A DNA stretch of 64,000 nt from an uncultured Alphaproteobacteria bacterium (GCA_902602695.1 CACKRO010000007.1:6127-70126), one strand, 5' to 3'; counted from the stretch's first letter, positions 26,955 to 36,946 are shown. Notes: a model not told the origin generated them from the letters alone. Translations and numbers: made by a program.

Positions 26955-28430
26955 TTATTTTAGTTCAGTTTTAATTATGTTTTCAACAACTTTGGCTGAT
27001 GAAAGAACTCCTGGTATACCAGCACCTGGATGAGAACCTGCCGCTGAAAAATATAGGTTTTTAATTTTTTTATCTTTATTGTGATATCTAAACCAAGCTG
27101 ACTGTGTAAAGATCGGAGCTATTGAAAAACCAGCTCCGTGCATAGAATTGTAATCATTTTTAAAATCTTTAGGATTCATCCAAAAAACATCTGTAATACT
27201 CTTTTCTAAATCTGGCATAATTGTTTGTGATAGTTCTTTAACTATCTTATTTTTAAGGTTTTCTGATTCAACATCCCAATCAATTTTGCCTTGTAAATTT
27301 GGTACTGGGCATAAAACATAAAAACTATCACAACCTTCAGGGGCAAATGACTTGTCTGTTGCAGTAGGTCTGTGAATGTATAGGGAAAAATCATCAGATA
27401 AAATTTTATTTTTAAATATATCATGAAGTAAAGATTTAAATCTTTCAGTCATCCAAATAGTATGATGAGCAACTTTATGGTATTGTTTTTTCGTACCAAA
27501 GAAAAGAACAAAAAGCCCCATTGAATACAATAAGTTTTTTTCTTTTAATACAGGTCTTGTTAAATTTTGTTTTTTTAAAAGTTTGGAGTAAACCATGGGT
27601 GGATCAGCATTACAAACAACTAGATCTATATTGGAAATTTCTTCATTGTTTGTTAATATTTTTGTTATCTTATTATTTTCAACAATAAATTCTTTTGCCT
27701 CTGTATTTGTTTTTATTTTAATACCGCAATCAATCATTAATTGTTTTAGTTCAGATACGATTTTACCAGTTCCACCCATACAAAAAAATACTCCCCATTT
27801 TCTCTCTAAATAATGAATCAAAGCGTAAATAGATGTTGTTGTGTGTGGATCACCTCCAACTAAAAGTGGATGAATTGAAAATGCTTTTCTAAGATATGGA
27901 TTTTTTAGATAACTATTTACAAGTTGAGATACTGTTAAATAACTTTTCAAAATTATCAAATTAGGAATAACTCCTAACATTTTAAAAAAAGAAATAAATG
28001 GTTTGTCAGCTAATTGTGTGAACCCTACATCAAAAATTTTTTTTGATTGATTTAAGAGTTTAGAATATCCTTTGATGTCTCTGTTATCATATTTGCTTAT
28101 TTCGTTATTTGTCTTTTCGATAGTAGAACAATAATCAAAAGTTTTACCATCATGAAAATAATATCTATACCAGGGCTCAAGAGGAACAAAATTCAAATAA
28201 TCTTCTCTTTTTTTTCCAAATAGACTAAACAATTCATCAAAAAGAAATGGTGCTGTTATAACTGTTGGTCCAGCATCATGTTTAAACCCATTCACTTCAA
28301 AAACTCTTGCTCTTCCTCCAAGCTCGTCTAGTTTTTCAATAATTGTTGTATCATAGCCTAATTTTTTTAGTCTTAGACTAATCGCAATACCGCCAAAACC
28401 ACTTCCTATAACTACTGCTTTTTTTCCCAT
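26955..28430 (-). CDS. crtI: Phytoene desaturase
   Basis: 491 aa. KKAVVIGSGFGGIA dinucleotide-binding motif and C-terminal GSHPGAGIPGV motif. Confidence 0.9.
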   Translation of the reverse strand: MGKKAVVIGSGFGGIAISLRLKKLGYDTTIIEKLDELGGRARVFEVNGFKHDAGPTVITAPFLFDELFSLFGKKREDYLNFVPLEPWYRYYFHDGKTFDYCSTIEKTNNEISKYDNRDIKGYSKLLNQSKKIFDVGFTQLADKPFISFFKMLGVIPNLIILKSYLTVSQLVNSYLKNPYLRKAFSIHPLLVGGDPHTTTSIYALIHYLERKWGVFFCMGGTGKIVSELKQLMIDCGIKIKTNTEAKEFIVENNKITKILTNNEEISNIDLVVCNADPPMVYSKLLKKQNLTRPVLKEKNLLYSMGLFVLFFGTKKQYHKVAHHTIWMTERFKSLLHDIFKNKILSDDFSLYIHRPTATDKSFAPEGCDSFYVLCPVPNLQGKIDWDVESENLKNKIVKELSQTIMPDLEKSITDVFWMNPKDFKNDYNSMHGAGFSIAPIFTQSAWFRYHNKDKKIKNLYFSAAGSHPGAGIPGVLSSAKVVENIIKTELK

Positions 28431-28487
28431 TGTTAATTTTGTAATTGTATTTAAATACCTTATTTCTTAATAAATATAATATTATTT

Positions 28488-29000
28488 ATGCTTACAAAGA
28501 CAGATTTATTTGAATTACTTAGTATAAAAAATAAAGATTTTCAAATTCATGATCATGATCCTTTATTTACAGTTGAAGATTCTGAAAATCTAAGAGGTGA
28601 GATTAAAGGGGCACATACAAAAAATTTATTTTTAAAAAATAAAAAAAATAATTTTTTTCTTTTTAGTTGTGATGAAAATGCAAAGGTTGATTTAAAGCTA
28701 TTTTCTAAATCTATCGATGCTAAGAATTTATCATTTGCAAATGCTGAATATTTAGAGCAGTTTTTGGGTATAAAGCCAGGATCAGTCTCCCCATTTGCCC
28801 TTCTTAACGATAAGCATGATGTTGTTGAATTTTACTTAGATGAAAAACTTTTTAACAGTGAATTAATTAACTTCCACCCCCTAATTAACACAACAACTAT
28901 AAGTATAAAGACTTCAGAGTTTATAAACTTCCTCCTTGAAAATAATAAAAAAATTCATATTTTTTCTTTGGATAGTTATAGTATAGTCAAATCTTTATGA
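28488..29000 (+). CDS. YbaK/ProX-type aminoacyl-tRNA editing (deacylase) domain protein
   Basis: 170 aa. HTKNLFLK and GIKPGSVSPFAL motifs are typical of prolyl-tRNA-synthetase-associated editing domains. Confidence 0.75.
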   Translation: MLTKTDLFELLSIKNKDFQIHDHDPLFTVEDSENLRGEIKGAHTKNLFLKNKKNNFFLFSCDENAKVDLKLFSKSIDAKNLSFANAEYLEQFLGIKPGSVSPFALLNDKHDVVEFYLDEKLFNSELINFHPLINTTTISIKTSEFINFLLENNKKIHIFSLDSYSIVKSL

Positions 29001-29863
29001 GTGAAAATAGAAATATAATCGATGTTACTGAAGCAGAGTTTAATGATCAGGTTATTGAAGCTAGTGAGAATAAATTAATTGTTGTTGATTTTTGGGCTCC
29101 TTGGTGCGGTCCTTGTAAACAACTAACACCAATTTTAGAAAAAATAATATCAAAATCAGGGGATAAAGTCACTTTAGTAAAAATAAATATTGATGAAAAT
29201 CAACAGATTGCTGCGCAATTAAGAATTCAATCAATTCCTACAGTCTACGCTTTCAAAGATAAACAAATTGTTAATGCATTTCAGGGCGTTATTCCTGAGG
29301 GCCAAATTATTGAATTTATTGAAAAGTGTTTAGGGTCTAAAATTAATGAAGACTTCACTGAATTTTATAATGAAATAGAAAGCGCTATGGCTGAAAATAA
29401 GTTTGAAGAAACTAAAGACACTCTTCTAGAATTTATTTCTAAAAACTCAGACGAAATTAAAGGTATTTGTTTTTATTTAGAGTGTTTGATTGAACTTAAA
29501 CAATTTGAAGAGGTTGAAATGTTTATTAGTTCGTTAGAAAAAGATGTACAAAATAATGATGAAGTTAAACAGGTTTTAAAAAAAATGGAAATTGTGAAAA
29601 ATAATTCATCCGGACCAAATATTAATGAGTTGCTTGGCAAACTTGAGATTCAACCGAATAATATTGATTTAATTTTAGAAATATCAGATAAATATTTTTC
29701 AATAAAACAATATGAAAATGGAATGGATTTACTTCTAAAAAATTATCCAAAAAATAAGGATAGTATAAAAAATAAGATGGTTGAATTTTTTGCTGTACTT
29801 GGAAATACTGATCAAATTACTATTCAATATAGGAAAAAACTTTCACAATTAATGTTTTCATAA
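28997..29863 (+). CDS. Thioredoxin-domain/TPR co-chaperone (YbbN/CnoX-like)
   Basis: 288 aa. N-terminal thioredoxin fold with WAPWCGPCK, followed by a helical TPR-like C-terminal half. Confidence 0.85.
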   Translation: MSENRNIIDVTEAEFNDQVIEASENKLIVVDFWAPWCGPCKQLTPILEKIISKSGDKVTLVKINIDENQQIAAQLRIQSIPTVYAFKDKQIVNAFQGVIPEGQIIEFIEKCLGSKINEDFTEFYNEIESAMAENKFEETKDTLLEFISKNSDEIKGICFYLECLIELKQFEEVEMFISSLEKDVQNNDEVKQVLKKMEIVKNNSSGPNINELLGKLEIQPNNIDLILEISDKYFSIKQYENGMDLLLKNYPKNKDSIKNKMVEFFAVLGNTDQITIQYRKKLSQLMFS

Positions 29864-29864
29864 C

Positions 29865-30458
29865 ATGGAAATCCCTATTTTTCCCTTAAACGGTGCCGTC
29901 CTTTTTCCAGGAACAAGCTTGCCTCTGAATATATTTGAAAAAAGATATATTGAGATGGTTGACTTCGCTCTTTCAAAGGAAAGGTGCATAGGTATGATAC
30001 AATCCGATGAAAAAAATAAACTCTATAATATTGGTTGTATTGGAAAAATTCATAGTTTTAGTGAAACAACAGATGGGCGATATTTAATTAGTCTACAGGG
30101 TACTAATTGTTTTAAAGTTAAGAAAGAGTTAGAAAAAAAATATAAGTTTAGGTTGGTTGAGGCTGAAATGTTGGATTTTGAGGAAGATAAAAAAATTATA
30201 AATGAAAAACAAAAAAATAATCTTTTAGATAAGTATAGCGAATATATTAAAGTCAAAAAAATTAACTTAAACTTAGAAGAGATTCAAAATATAGATTTTA
30301 ATCAAATTATAAAGTTTATAGCAATGATATCCCCTTTTAGTGACATTGAAAAACAGGTTCTTTTGGAAACAAAAAATTTAAGTGATTTTTATAAAAAACT
30401 TCATTCAATTTTAGAGCTTGAGATCGTTGAAGATAATAATAGTAAAACTATTAATTAA
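29865..30458 (+). CDS. LON N-terminal substrate-binding domain protein
   Basis: 197 aa. IPIFPLNGAVLFPGTSLPLNIFEKRY is the typical LON-domain start. The trx-LON-domain pairing is conserved in Alphaproteobacteria. Confidence 0.8.
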   Translation: MEIPIFPLNGAVLFPGTSLPLNIFEKRYIEMVDFALSKERCIGMIQSDEKNKLYNIGCIGKIHSFSETTDGRYLISLQGTNCFKVKKELEKKYKFRLVEAEMLDFEEDKKIINEKQKNNLLDKYSEYIKVKKINLNLEEIQNIDFNQIIKFIAMISPFSDIEKQVLLETKNLSDFYKKLHSILELEIVEDNNSKTIN

Positions 30459-31632
30459 TACCCATAGCAAAATCACTTATCTTATTTTTTAGTTTTTTAC
30501 TTTTCTCCATTAAATTGATAGCTGAAAACCTTGCATAATTAAAAATTGTATTGTCTAATTTAAATACACTGTCAACTTTATCTGTGATTTGATACAGCCT
30601 ATAAGCTTTGAAAAAATTATCTTTCTGAAATTCTTTACAAAATATTTCATCTCCCAATTCCAGACCTAAAGAGTTATATTTTTTAACAAGATTATATATA
30701 CTTTCTACATCTTGCATACCTAGATTCCATCCTTGTCCTGCAATTGGATGAAATGAGTGGGCTGAGTCACCTAAATAAATAATTCTATTTTCAAAAAATT
30801 TAGAGTTTAAATGAGCTTTTAAAGGAAAAGTTTGTTTGGTGATTATTTTTTTTATCTCACCTACACTTCCCTGTATCTTTTTATTTAAAATAGCAATAAT
30901 ATTATTATCATCTAAAGAAAGTAAAGAGTTTATATATTTATTAGTGTTTGTCCAAACTATGGAACTTTGAAACTGATTTTTATTTTTTTGCATTGGTAAA
31001 ATTGCAAGAGGTCCGTTTTTAAAGAAAAACTCGTAAGCGGTGTTATTGTGATTCTTTGAGTGATAAAAATTTATTACAATTGCTTTTTTTTTATAATCTT
31101 TTCTATAAATTGGTGTCTTAAAAATTTTTCTTATAGAGCTGTTTTTCCCATCACAAGCAAATAGAATATTTGTATTAACAAAGAAATTATTTTGCTTAGT
31201 TATAACCCTATCCCCTTTATAAAAAATATCTCTAACGGAAACATTGTTAAAAATTTCAACATTTTTTTGTTTTTGTAATTTTTTATACAGGCAATCAAGT
31301 ATAAACTCATTTTTAACTATATATCCAAGATTGGATTTTCTTCTTTGGTTGTCAAAATAAATTTTGTTTGATTGATTTCTGTCTATTATCTGAATATTCT
31401 TTATTGGTTCTGCATAATTACCAATTTCATTCCAAATATTTATTTCTTCAAGAAATTTTTTTGTACCCTCTGAAATTGCTGTTGTCCTTTTATCTAAAAT
31501 ATTTTTATGATTAAATTTAGCATTTTGCTCTAAAACTACTACTTTATTACCAAGTATAGAAAGTGAATATGCTGTAACAGCCCCTATCAGACCTCCTCCT
31601 ATTATATTGATGTTTGATTGAATTTCTTTCAT
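30451..31632 (-). CDS. UbiH/UbiF/VisC/COQ6 family FAD-dependent ubiquinone hydroxylase
   Basis: 393 aa. N-terminal GGGLIGA Rossmann motif and GDSAHSFHPIAGQGWNLGMQD. Confidence 0.85.
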   Translation of the reverse strand: MKEIQSNINIIGGGLIGAVTAYSLSILGNKVVVLEQNAKFNHKNILDKRTTAISEGTKKFLEEINIWNEIGNYAEPIKNIQIIDRNQSNKIYFDNQRRKSNLGYIVKNEFILDCLYKKLQKQKNVEIFNNVSVRDIFYKGDRVITKQNNFFVNTNILFACDGKNSSIRKIFKTPIYRKDYKKKAIVINFYHSKNHNNTAYEFFFKNGPLAILPMQKNKNQFQSSIVWTNTNKYINSLLSLDDNNIIAILNKKIQGSVGEIKKIITKQTFPLKAHLNSKFFENRIIYLGDSAHSFHPIAGQGWNLGMQDVESIYNLVKKYNSLGLELGDEIFCKEFQKDNFFKAYRLYQITDKVDSVFKLDNTIFNYARFSAINLMEKSKKLKNKISDFAMGIN

Positions 31633-31679
31633 AATTTTCTTCGAATTACCATAATCTAAATGTATTACAATCTAACTAT

Positions 31680-33911
31680 ATGTTCAAGTATGGTTCAATT
31701 AGAAATTTTATTGTTAAATTTTTAGTAGGGATAATTTTATTTGGATTTGGCCTAATTTATTTTACCAGTCTTTACTCATACTCTGCAAATGATCCGGGTT
31801 TTAATCAATTAAATTACAATATTAATGACAGCAACATTAAAAATCTTATGGGTTTTTTTGGAGCTTATTTATCAAGTTATTCATTAATTTTTATTGGAAC
31901 ACTAAGTTATTTATTAGTTTTTTTTATAATTCTAGAGGGTGGAAAATTATTTTTAGGCATAACAAGCAGATTAATGATTTTAAAATTTTTATCAAATCTG
32001 ACAGGAATAATTATTATTAATGTTTCCTTAAAATCAGTTGGTATTAACTTTTTGAAAACAGGTTTAATTTCTCAATTCCTAATTGATTTATTTACAAGTA
32101 TAAATTTAAATCTTCTAGAAAATATTTTTATTTATTTTATTATAAATTTTTTACTTTTAGTATTTGGTTTAGTTTTAATCTTTTTATCTTTTAGAATAAA
32201 TTTTTCTTGGGTAAATAAGTTTTTTTCTTTCTTAAAGGTTTTTAAATATTTTAAATTTTTATTTTCTGTATTTGGTTTGTTTAAATACATAAATTTTAGA
32301 AAAAAAATTACAAAAAAAACAATGAGAAGTGAGCCAACAATTAAGAAAAGAAATTATGTTAATTTAAGTAAAAAAAATAATAGTCCTAAAGCCAATAAAC
32401 AACTAGAGCTAGATAATTTTAGTTTTAACCTTCCATCTAAAAACCTGCTTTCAAAATCAAATTTAAGAGATAACAAAAATAAAGAATTAGATAAAATAAA
32501 TGCAGATGCTGCTGTCAAGTTAGAAAAGACGCTTTCTGAATACGGTGTTGAGGGGAAAATAATTGGTTTTAGTAGTGGTCCAATTGTAACATTATTTGAG
32601 TTTGTCCCAAATGCTGGTATCAAATCTAGTAAAGTAATAGGTCTGTCGGATGATATTGCCAGAGCAATGTCTTCTATTTCAGCTAGAATTTCAACTCAAC
32701 CTGGGAAAACCAGTCTGGGCATTGAAATTCCAAATGTAAAAAGAGATGGTGTTTTATTTGGTGATTTAATTGATGAAGAAGAATTTGAAATTAACAACGA
32801 CTCTCTTACATTAGCGCTTGGTAAAGATATTTCAGGTAAAAGTATTTTTGCTAACTTAGAGCGCATGCCTCATTTATTAATAGCTGGAACAACTGGTTCA
32901 GGAAAATCAGTGGGTATTAATACTATGATATTAAGTATACTTTACAAATTTAAACCAAATGAATGCAAGTTAATACTAATTGATCCTAAAATGTTAGAGT
33001 TAAGCATTTATGAAGATATACCTCATTTATTAACACCTGTTGTTACAGATCCAAAGAAAGCTGTGTTTGCACTTAAGTGGGTAGTTAGAGAAATGGAAAA
33101 CAGATATAAATTAATGAGTTCATTAAATGTAAAAAATATAGATTCTTATAATGATAAAGTTCTAAGGACTATTTCCTCTGGAAGAAAGCTTTTTAGAGAA
33201 GTGCAAACAGGTATAAATGATGACACAAGAATGCCAATTATAGAAAAACAAGAGATTGTTTTAGAAAAAATGCCTTTTATTGTTGTTGTAATTGATGAAA
33301 TGGCAGACTTAATGATGGTAGCTGGTAAAGAAGTTGAGTCATTAGTTCAAAGATTGGCACAGATGGCAAGAGCATCAGGTATACATTTGATTACTGCTAC
33401 TCAAAGACCTAGTGTTGATGTAATTACTGGTACGATAAAAGCCAATTTTCCAAGCAGAATTAGTTATAAGGTTTCTAGCAAGTTTGATAGCAGAACAATA
33501 CTAAATGAAATGGGTGCTGAACAGTTACTTGGAAGTGGTGATATGTTGTTTTTAGAAAATGGTGGAATAATAAAGAGGCTTCATGGAGGTTTTGTTTCAG
33601 AAAATGAGGTTGATAAAGTTGTTAATTATATAAAAAACCAAGCAACATTTGATTATAAAAAGGAAATATCTTTGTTAGATGAAAACTTGAATACCTCATC
33701 TAGTGATGATTTAATTTCAAATAATACTGATGATCTTTATAACAAAGCTGTTGAGGTTATAATTAAACAACAAAAGGTGTCTACAAGCTATATTCAGAGG
33801 TATCTTCAAATTGGTTATAATAGAGCAGCTAGAATTGTAGAAAAAATGGAGGAGGACGGAATAATTAGTGAAGCAAATAATGCGGGTAAGAGACATGTCC
33901 TTAAAAAATAA
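31680..33911 (+). CDS. ftsK: DNA translocase FtsK
   Basis: 743 aa. N-terminal TM helices, Walker A GTTGSGKSVGIN, ATQRPSVDVITG and a C-terminal gamma winged-helix (YIQRYLQIGYNRAARIVE). Confidence 0.95.
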   Translation: MFKYGSIRNFIVKFLVGIILFGFGLIYFTSLYSYSANDPGFNQLNYNINDSNIKNLMGFFGAYLSSYSLIFIGTLSYLLVFFIILEGGKLFLGITSRLMILKFLSNLTGIIIINVSLKSVGINFLKTGLISQFLIDLFTSINLNLLENIFIYFIINFLLLVFGLVLIFLSFRINFSWVNKFFSFLKVFKYFKFLFSVFGLFKYINFRKKITKKTMRSEPTIKKRNYVNLSKKNNSPKANKQLELDNFSFNLPSKNLLSKSNLRDNKNKELDKINADAAVKLEKTLSEYGVEGKIIGFSSGPIVTLFEFVPNAGIKSSKVIGLSDDIARAMSSISARISTQPGKTSLGIEIPNVKRDGVLFGDLIDEEEFEINNDSLTLALGKDISGKSIFANLERMPHLLIAGTTGSGKSVGINTMILSILYKFKPNECKLILIDPKMLELSIYEDIPHLLTPVVTDPKKAVFALKWVVREMENRYKLMSSLNVKNIDSYNDKVLRTISSGRKLFREVQTGINDDTRMPIIEKQEIVLEKMPFIVVVIDEMADLMMVAGKEVESLVQRLAQMARASGIHLITATQRPSVDVITGTIKANFPSRISYKVSSKFDSRTILNEMGAEQLLGSGDMLFLENGGIIKRLHGGFVSENEVDKVVNYIKNQATFDYKKEISLLDENLNTSSSDDLISNNTDDLYNKAVEVIIKQQKVSTSYIQRYLQIGYNRAARIVEKMEEDGIISEANNAGKRHVLKK

Positions 33912-34491
33912 AAAATTTTTTTTTTGTTTTTTTTCAATTATTTCTTTTTTGTTTTCCTATAACGCTTACTCAGACACTGAAGAAAAAATAAAGATTATAA
34001 ATTATCTAGAATCACTGCAAAATTTTTCTGCTTCATTTTTACAAAGCAGTGGAGAAAGTTTAAGTGAAGGTAGAGTGTATGTTGGTAAGAAAAGGGTTAG
34101 GGCTGAATATTTATCACCAACAAAGATATTAATAATCTTAGATGAAAATAAAGCTATGTATTATAATTATGAGCTAGAGGAAGATGAATTTTTTAATCCA
34201 AAAAATACAAATGCGTGGTTTTTTTATGATATTTTCAGAAATCCTCTTTTTTTTTCAGATGCCAATATTGAATTTGAAAATAATGAAATAACTCTTGAAA
34301 AAAACGGATTTGATGTGGAAGACAAAAAATATTCGATAAAGGTTTTTTTTGAAAATACTCCATTAGTCTTAAGAAAAGTAGAGTTGTGGATTAACCAAGA
34401 GATTATAACGCTATCAATTTATAACCATAATTATAATGAACAATTTAGTAGAAATTTTTTTAAACTTATAAGTCCTAATCTTTTAAATTAA
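33895..34491 (+). CDS. lolA: Outer-membrane lipoprotein carrier protein LolA-like
   Basis: Signal peptide MSLKNKKFFFCFFSIISFLFSYNAYS. It lies downstream of ftsK, as in most Alphaproteobacteria. I chose the ATG at 33895 rather than the track start at 33868. Confidence 0.65.
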   Translation: MSLKNKKFFFCFFSIISFLFSYNAYSDTEEKIKIINYLESLQNFSASFLQSSGESLSEGRVYVGKKRVRAEYLSPTKILIILDENKAMYYNYELEEDEFFNPKNTNAWFFYDIFRNPLFFSDANIEFENNEITLEKNGFDVEDKKYSIKVFFENTPLVLRKVELWINQEIITLSIYNHNYNEQFSRNFFKLISPNLLN

Positions 34492-35090
34492 ATAGTGATA
34501 AGTAATTTATCATTTCTTGTTTGTATTTTGACATCTGTTTTAATTTTGTTCATTTTTTTTCTAATTCTTGTAAGATGACTCTCTAGTGAATTAGTTTGGA
34601 TATTAGATCTAATCTCCAAGATATTTTCTTTTATAAAATTTTTACTTATCTCCTTTTCTCTTATTAAACACGTTATGATTTCCAATTCTGCTTTCGTTAA
34701 ATAACAAAAACAATTATTTTTAAGATTTGTCAATTTTTCGTTATTAATAGAAATATCATGAAAATGAACCTTTATATTCTGCAAAAAATTTTGAATTTTG
34801 TTTTTTATATTGTTTACTGATGCTGGTGTTTTTAATAGTTGCGCTTTGTTATTAAAATTTAACTTTTTATTAATTAAATTTGATATTATTAAATAATTTT
34901 CATTTAAATTTTCAATATTGATTTTATCAAGGTCTTTGTCGTTATTTATAATAATAATATTTATATTTGCACTTTGTGCCCTGTAATCAATATCTTCTAA
35001 TTTGAGAAAGGTCAGTTCATACTTAGACAAAAATGTTGATATAAATTTATTAATCTTATTATTAGAAAGTATATTTATTTTGGTTTTCAT
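34488..35090 (-). CDS. OmpR/PhoB-type winged-helix regulator with degenerate receiver-like N-terminal domain
   Basis: 200 aa. The C-terminus LTKAELEIITCLI...NSLESHLTRIRKKM matches the Trans_reg_C pattern. The N-terminus has ILSNN where receivers have an acidic DD pocket. Confidence 0.55.
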   Translation of the reverse strand: MKTKINILSNNKINKFISTFLSKYELTFLKLEDIDYRAQSANINIIIINNDKDLDKINIENLNENYLIISNLINKKLNFNNKAQLLKTPASVNNIKNKIQNFLQNIKVHFHDISINNEKLTNLKNNCFCYLTKAELEIITCLIREKEISKNFIKENILEIRSNIQTNSLESHLTRIRKKMNKIKTDVKIQTRNDKLLITI

Positions 35091-35725
35091 TATCTGTTTC
35101 CAAACAAAATAGTGCCAAGCCTAATATATGTTGGAGAAAATTGTAATGCCTTTTCATAATCGTTGCTCATACCAATGCTTAATTCAGTAATTTTGTTTTC
35201 ATTCGCAAGATTCTTTAGTTTAGAAAAATGGTATGATGGTTCTTCATCAATTGGAGGAATGCACATCAAGCCATGAATATTTAATTTCATTTCATTTTTT
35301 AAGAAAAATAGAAAATCTTTTACATCTTCTGGAAAAATTCCACTCTTTGTTTTTTCTTTACCAGTATTTACTTGAAGGAAAATTTTCTTATTTTCAAGAA
35401 ACTCTAAGTGTTTGGAGAATTCTCTAGCTATTTTTTCTCTATCGAGTGTGTGAAAAACATCAAACAAAGATATTGCTAACTTAACTTTGTTCGATTGTAA
35501 TGGTCCGGTTAAATGTAATTCTATATTTGAATTTTTTTGCTTAATTTTTTGAAATTTTTCTTGTGCTTCCTGAACTCTATTTTCACCAAATATATAGACA
35601 CCTGAGTTTATTGCTTCTAATACGCTTTCAAGTGGGTGATTTTTAGATATAGCAATAATTTTAGCTGAATTATTGGTTTTTTTTAAAAAATCCTTAATTT
35701 CATTGAATTTATTTGAATTAAACAT
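35090..35725 (-). CDS. yggS: YggS family pyridoxal-phosphate homeostasis protein
   Basis: AISKNHP (PLP Lys) and FGENRVQEA motifs. I prefer the start at M27 of the track ORF (35725). The 26 upstream codons look like translated spacer. Confidence 0.8.
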   Translation of the reverse strand: MFNSNKFNEIKDFLKKTNNSAKIIAISKNHPLESVLEAINSGVYIFGENRVQEAQEKFQKIKQKNSNIELHLTGPLQSNKVKLAISLFDVFHTLDREKIAREFSKHLEFLENKKIFLQVNTGKEKTKSGIFPEDVKDFLFFLKNEMKLNIHGLMCIPPIDEEPSYHFSKLKNLANENKITELSIGMSNDYEKALQFSPTYIRLGTILFGNR

Positions 35726-35870
35726 AAATTGATGTGTGGTAAAAAAACAACATTGGTTAAAAAAATATAATAAATCATTATGCTTATTTTGAAATTTATT
35801 CAATTTTTAAATAATACACTTACTCAATACAGGTATGTTACTTGTATTTAATGAATATTCATTAACTCAA

Positions 35871-35876
35871 AAGGAG
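35871..35876 (+). promoter_or_regulatory. Strong Shine-Dalgarno (AAGGAG) for the porin-like gene
   Basis: AAGGAG lies 5 nt upstream of the ATG at 35882. Confidence 0.6.
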
Positions 35877-35881
35877 TAATT

Positions 35882-36925
35882 ATGAAAAAAGAACTATTAA
35901 TGGGAACTGCTCTAGTTTCTACGCTTGGTGCTGCTTCAGTTGCTGAAGCTGTAACAGCTACTATGAGTGGTAACCACCAAACTGGTATGGAGTTTGATTC
36001 ACCAACTGGTGGAACAGACACTAATTCACAGAATAATGATAACAATTTTTCAATTTCATTATCTGAAACTACTGATGGTGGTATGACTATTTCATCTAGC
36101 TTTAAAGTAATGGATGAAAATGCTGCTGCTGGTGATACTGATGCTGGATTTACTTTAGCATTTACTGATGGCTCTAAGCTTGATTTAATTAATGCTGGTA
36201 ACGCATCTGGTTCACATGCTGTATCTGTACCTAGCTCAGCTGGTGCGGAAGGTGTTGCTAATACATCTACTAACATGGCTCCAACTGGTCTTGATTTTGG
36301 TGCTGCTTCAACTGTCTTTGGTTTAGAGTATCACACTGCATCTGATTTCCTAGCAGACGGCTTAAAAGCTTCAATCTCAGTTTCAACTGATAGTGGTGCT
36401 GCTGCTACTTCAACTTATAGAGTTGATAGTCACATTGCAATTGGTGCTACATATGTAACTGATCTAGGTGACACAGCCCTAACTATTGGTGGTGGTATTT
36501 CAGAAGCTGATGGTTCAAGAGATGGAACTACAGCAACTGATGATACTGCAGGTATGCATCTTGGTATAAGTGCTGTAACTGGTGATTTAACTGTAGCTGT
36601 TGGTTTTGCTGATGGTTCTGTTGCTGGTGTATCTGACAATGGTTCAGATGAGTACACAGGTGATGTTGTTAAAGCTGGTGTGAAATATGTAACTGGAGAT
36701 CTAACATTTAATGTTGGTATTGCTTCAGGTGAAGCAGATGATCACGCTCTTGGTGGTGATGACGGACTTGATGATGGTCAAGACGTAACATCTGCAAGTG
36801 TATCATACGCTGTAGCTTCTGGTGTAACTGCAATTCTAGGTTATACTAGCACTGAGTCTACGGACGAAGGTGTTGGTTCAGACGATGGAACTGCATGGTA
36901 TATTGGTGCTAACATGTCATTTTAA
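35882..36925 (+). CDS. Acidic outer-membrane beta-barrel porin-like protein
   Basis: 347 aa. Signal peptide MKKELLMGTALVSTLGAASVAEA, alternating beta-strand patterns (GDLTVAVGF, GDLTFNVGI) and a C-terminal YIGANMSF ending in Phe. GC content is much higher than in the neighbours. Confidence 0.6.
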   Translation: MKKELLMGTALVSTLGAASVAEAVTATMSGNHQTGMEFDSPTGGTDTNSQNNDNNFSISLSETTDGGMTISSSFKVMDENAAAGDTDAGFTLAFTDGSKLDLINAGNASGSHAVSVPSSAGAEGVANTSTNMAPTGLDFGAASTVFGLEYHTASDFLADGLKASISVSTDSGAAATSTYRVDSHIAIGATYVTDLGDTALTIGGGISEADGSRDGTTATDDTAGMHLGISAVTGDLTVAVGFADGSVAGVSDNGSDEYTGDVVKAGVKYVTGDLTFNVGIASGEADDHALGGDDGLDDGQDVTSASVSYAVASGVTAILGYTSTESTDEGVGSDDGTAWYIGANMSF

Positions 36926-36946
36926 TTAAAGATTTAATTATCTTAC

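Noticed and set aside
35848-36657. Two long antisense ORFs (35848..36276, 142 aa; 36430..36657, 75 aa) opposite the porin-like gene.
   Set aside because: They arise because the porin gene is GC-rich and stop-poor on the opposite strand. The translations are Pro/Ala/Ser/Val-rich with no motif, whereas the sense frame has a signal peptide, beta-strand periodicity, a C-terminal Phe, an SD and a terminator.
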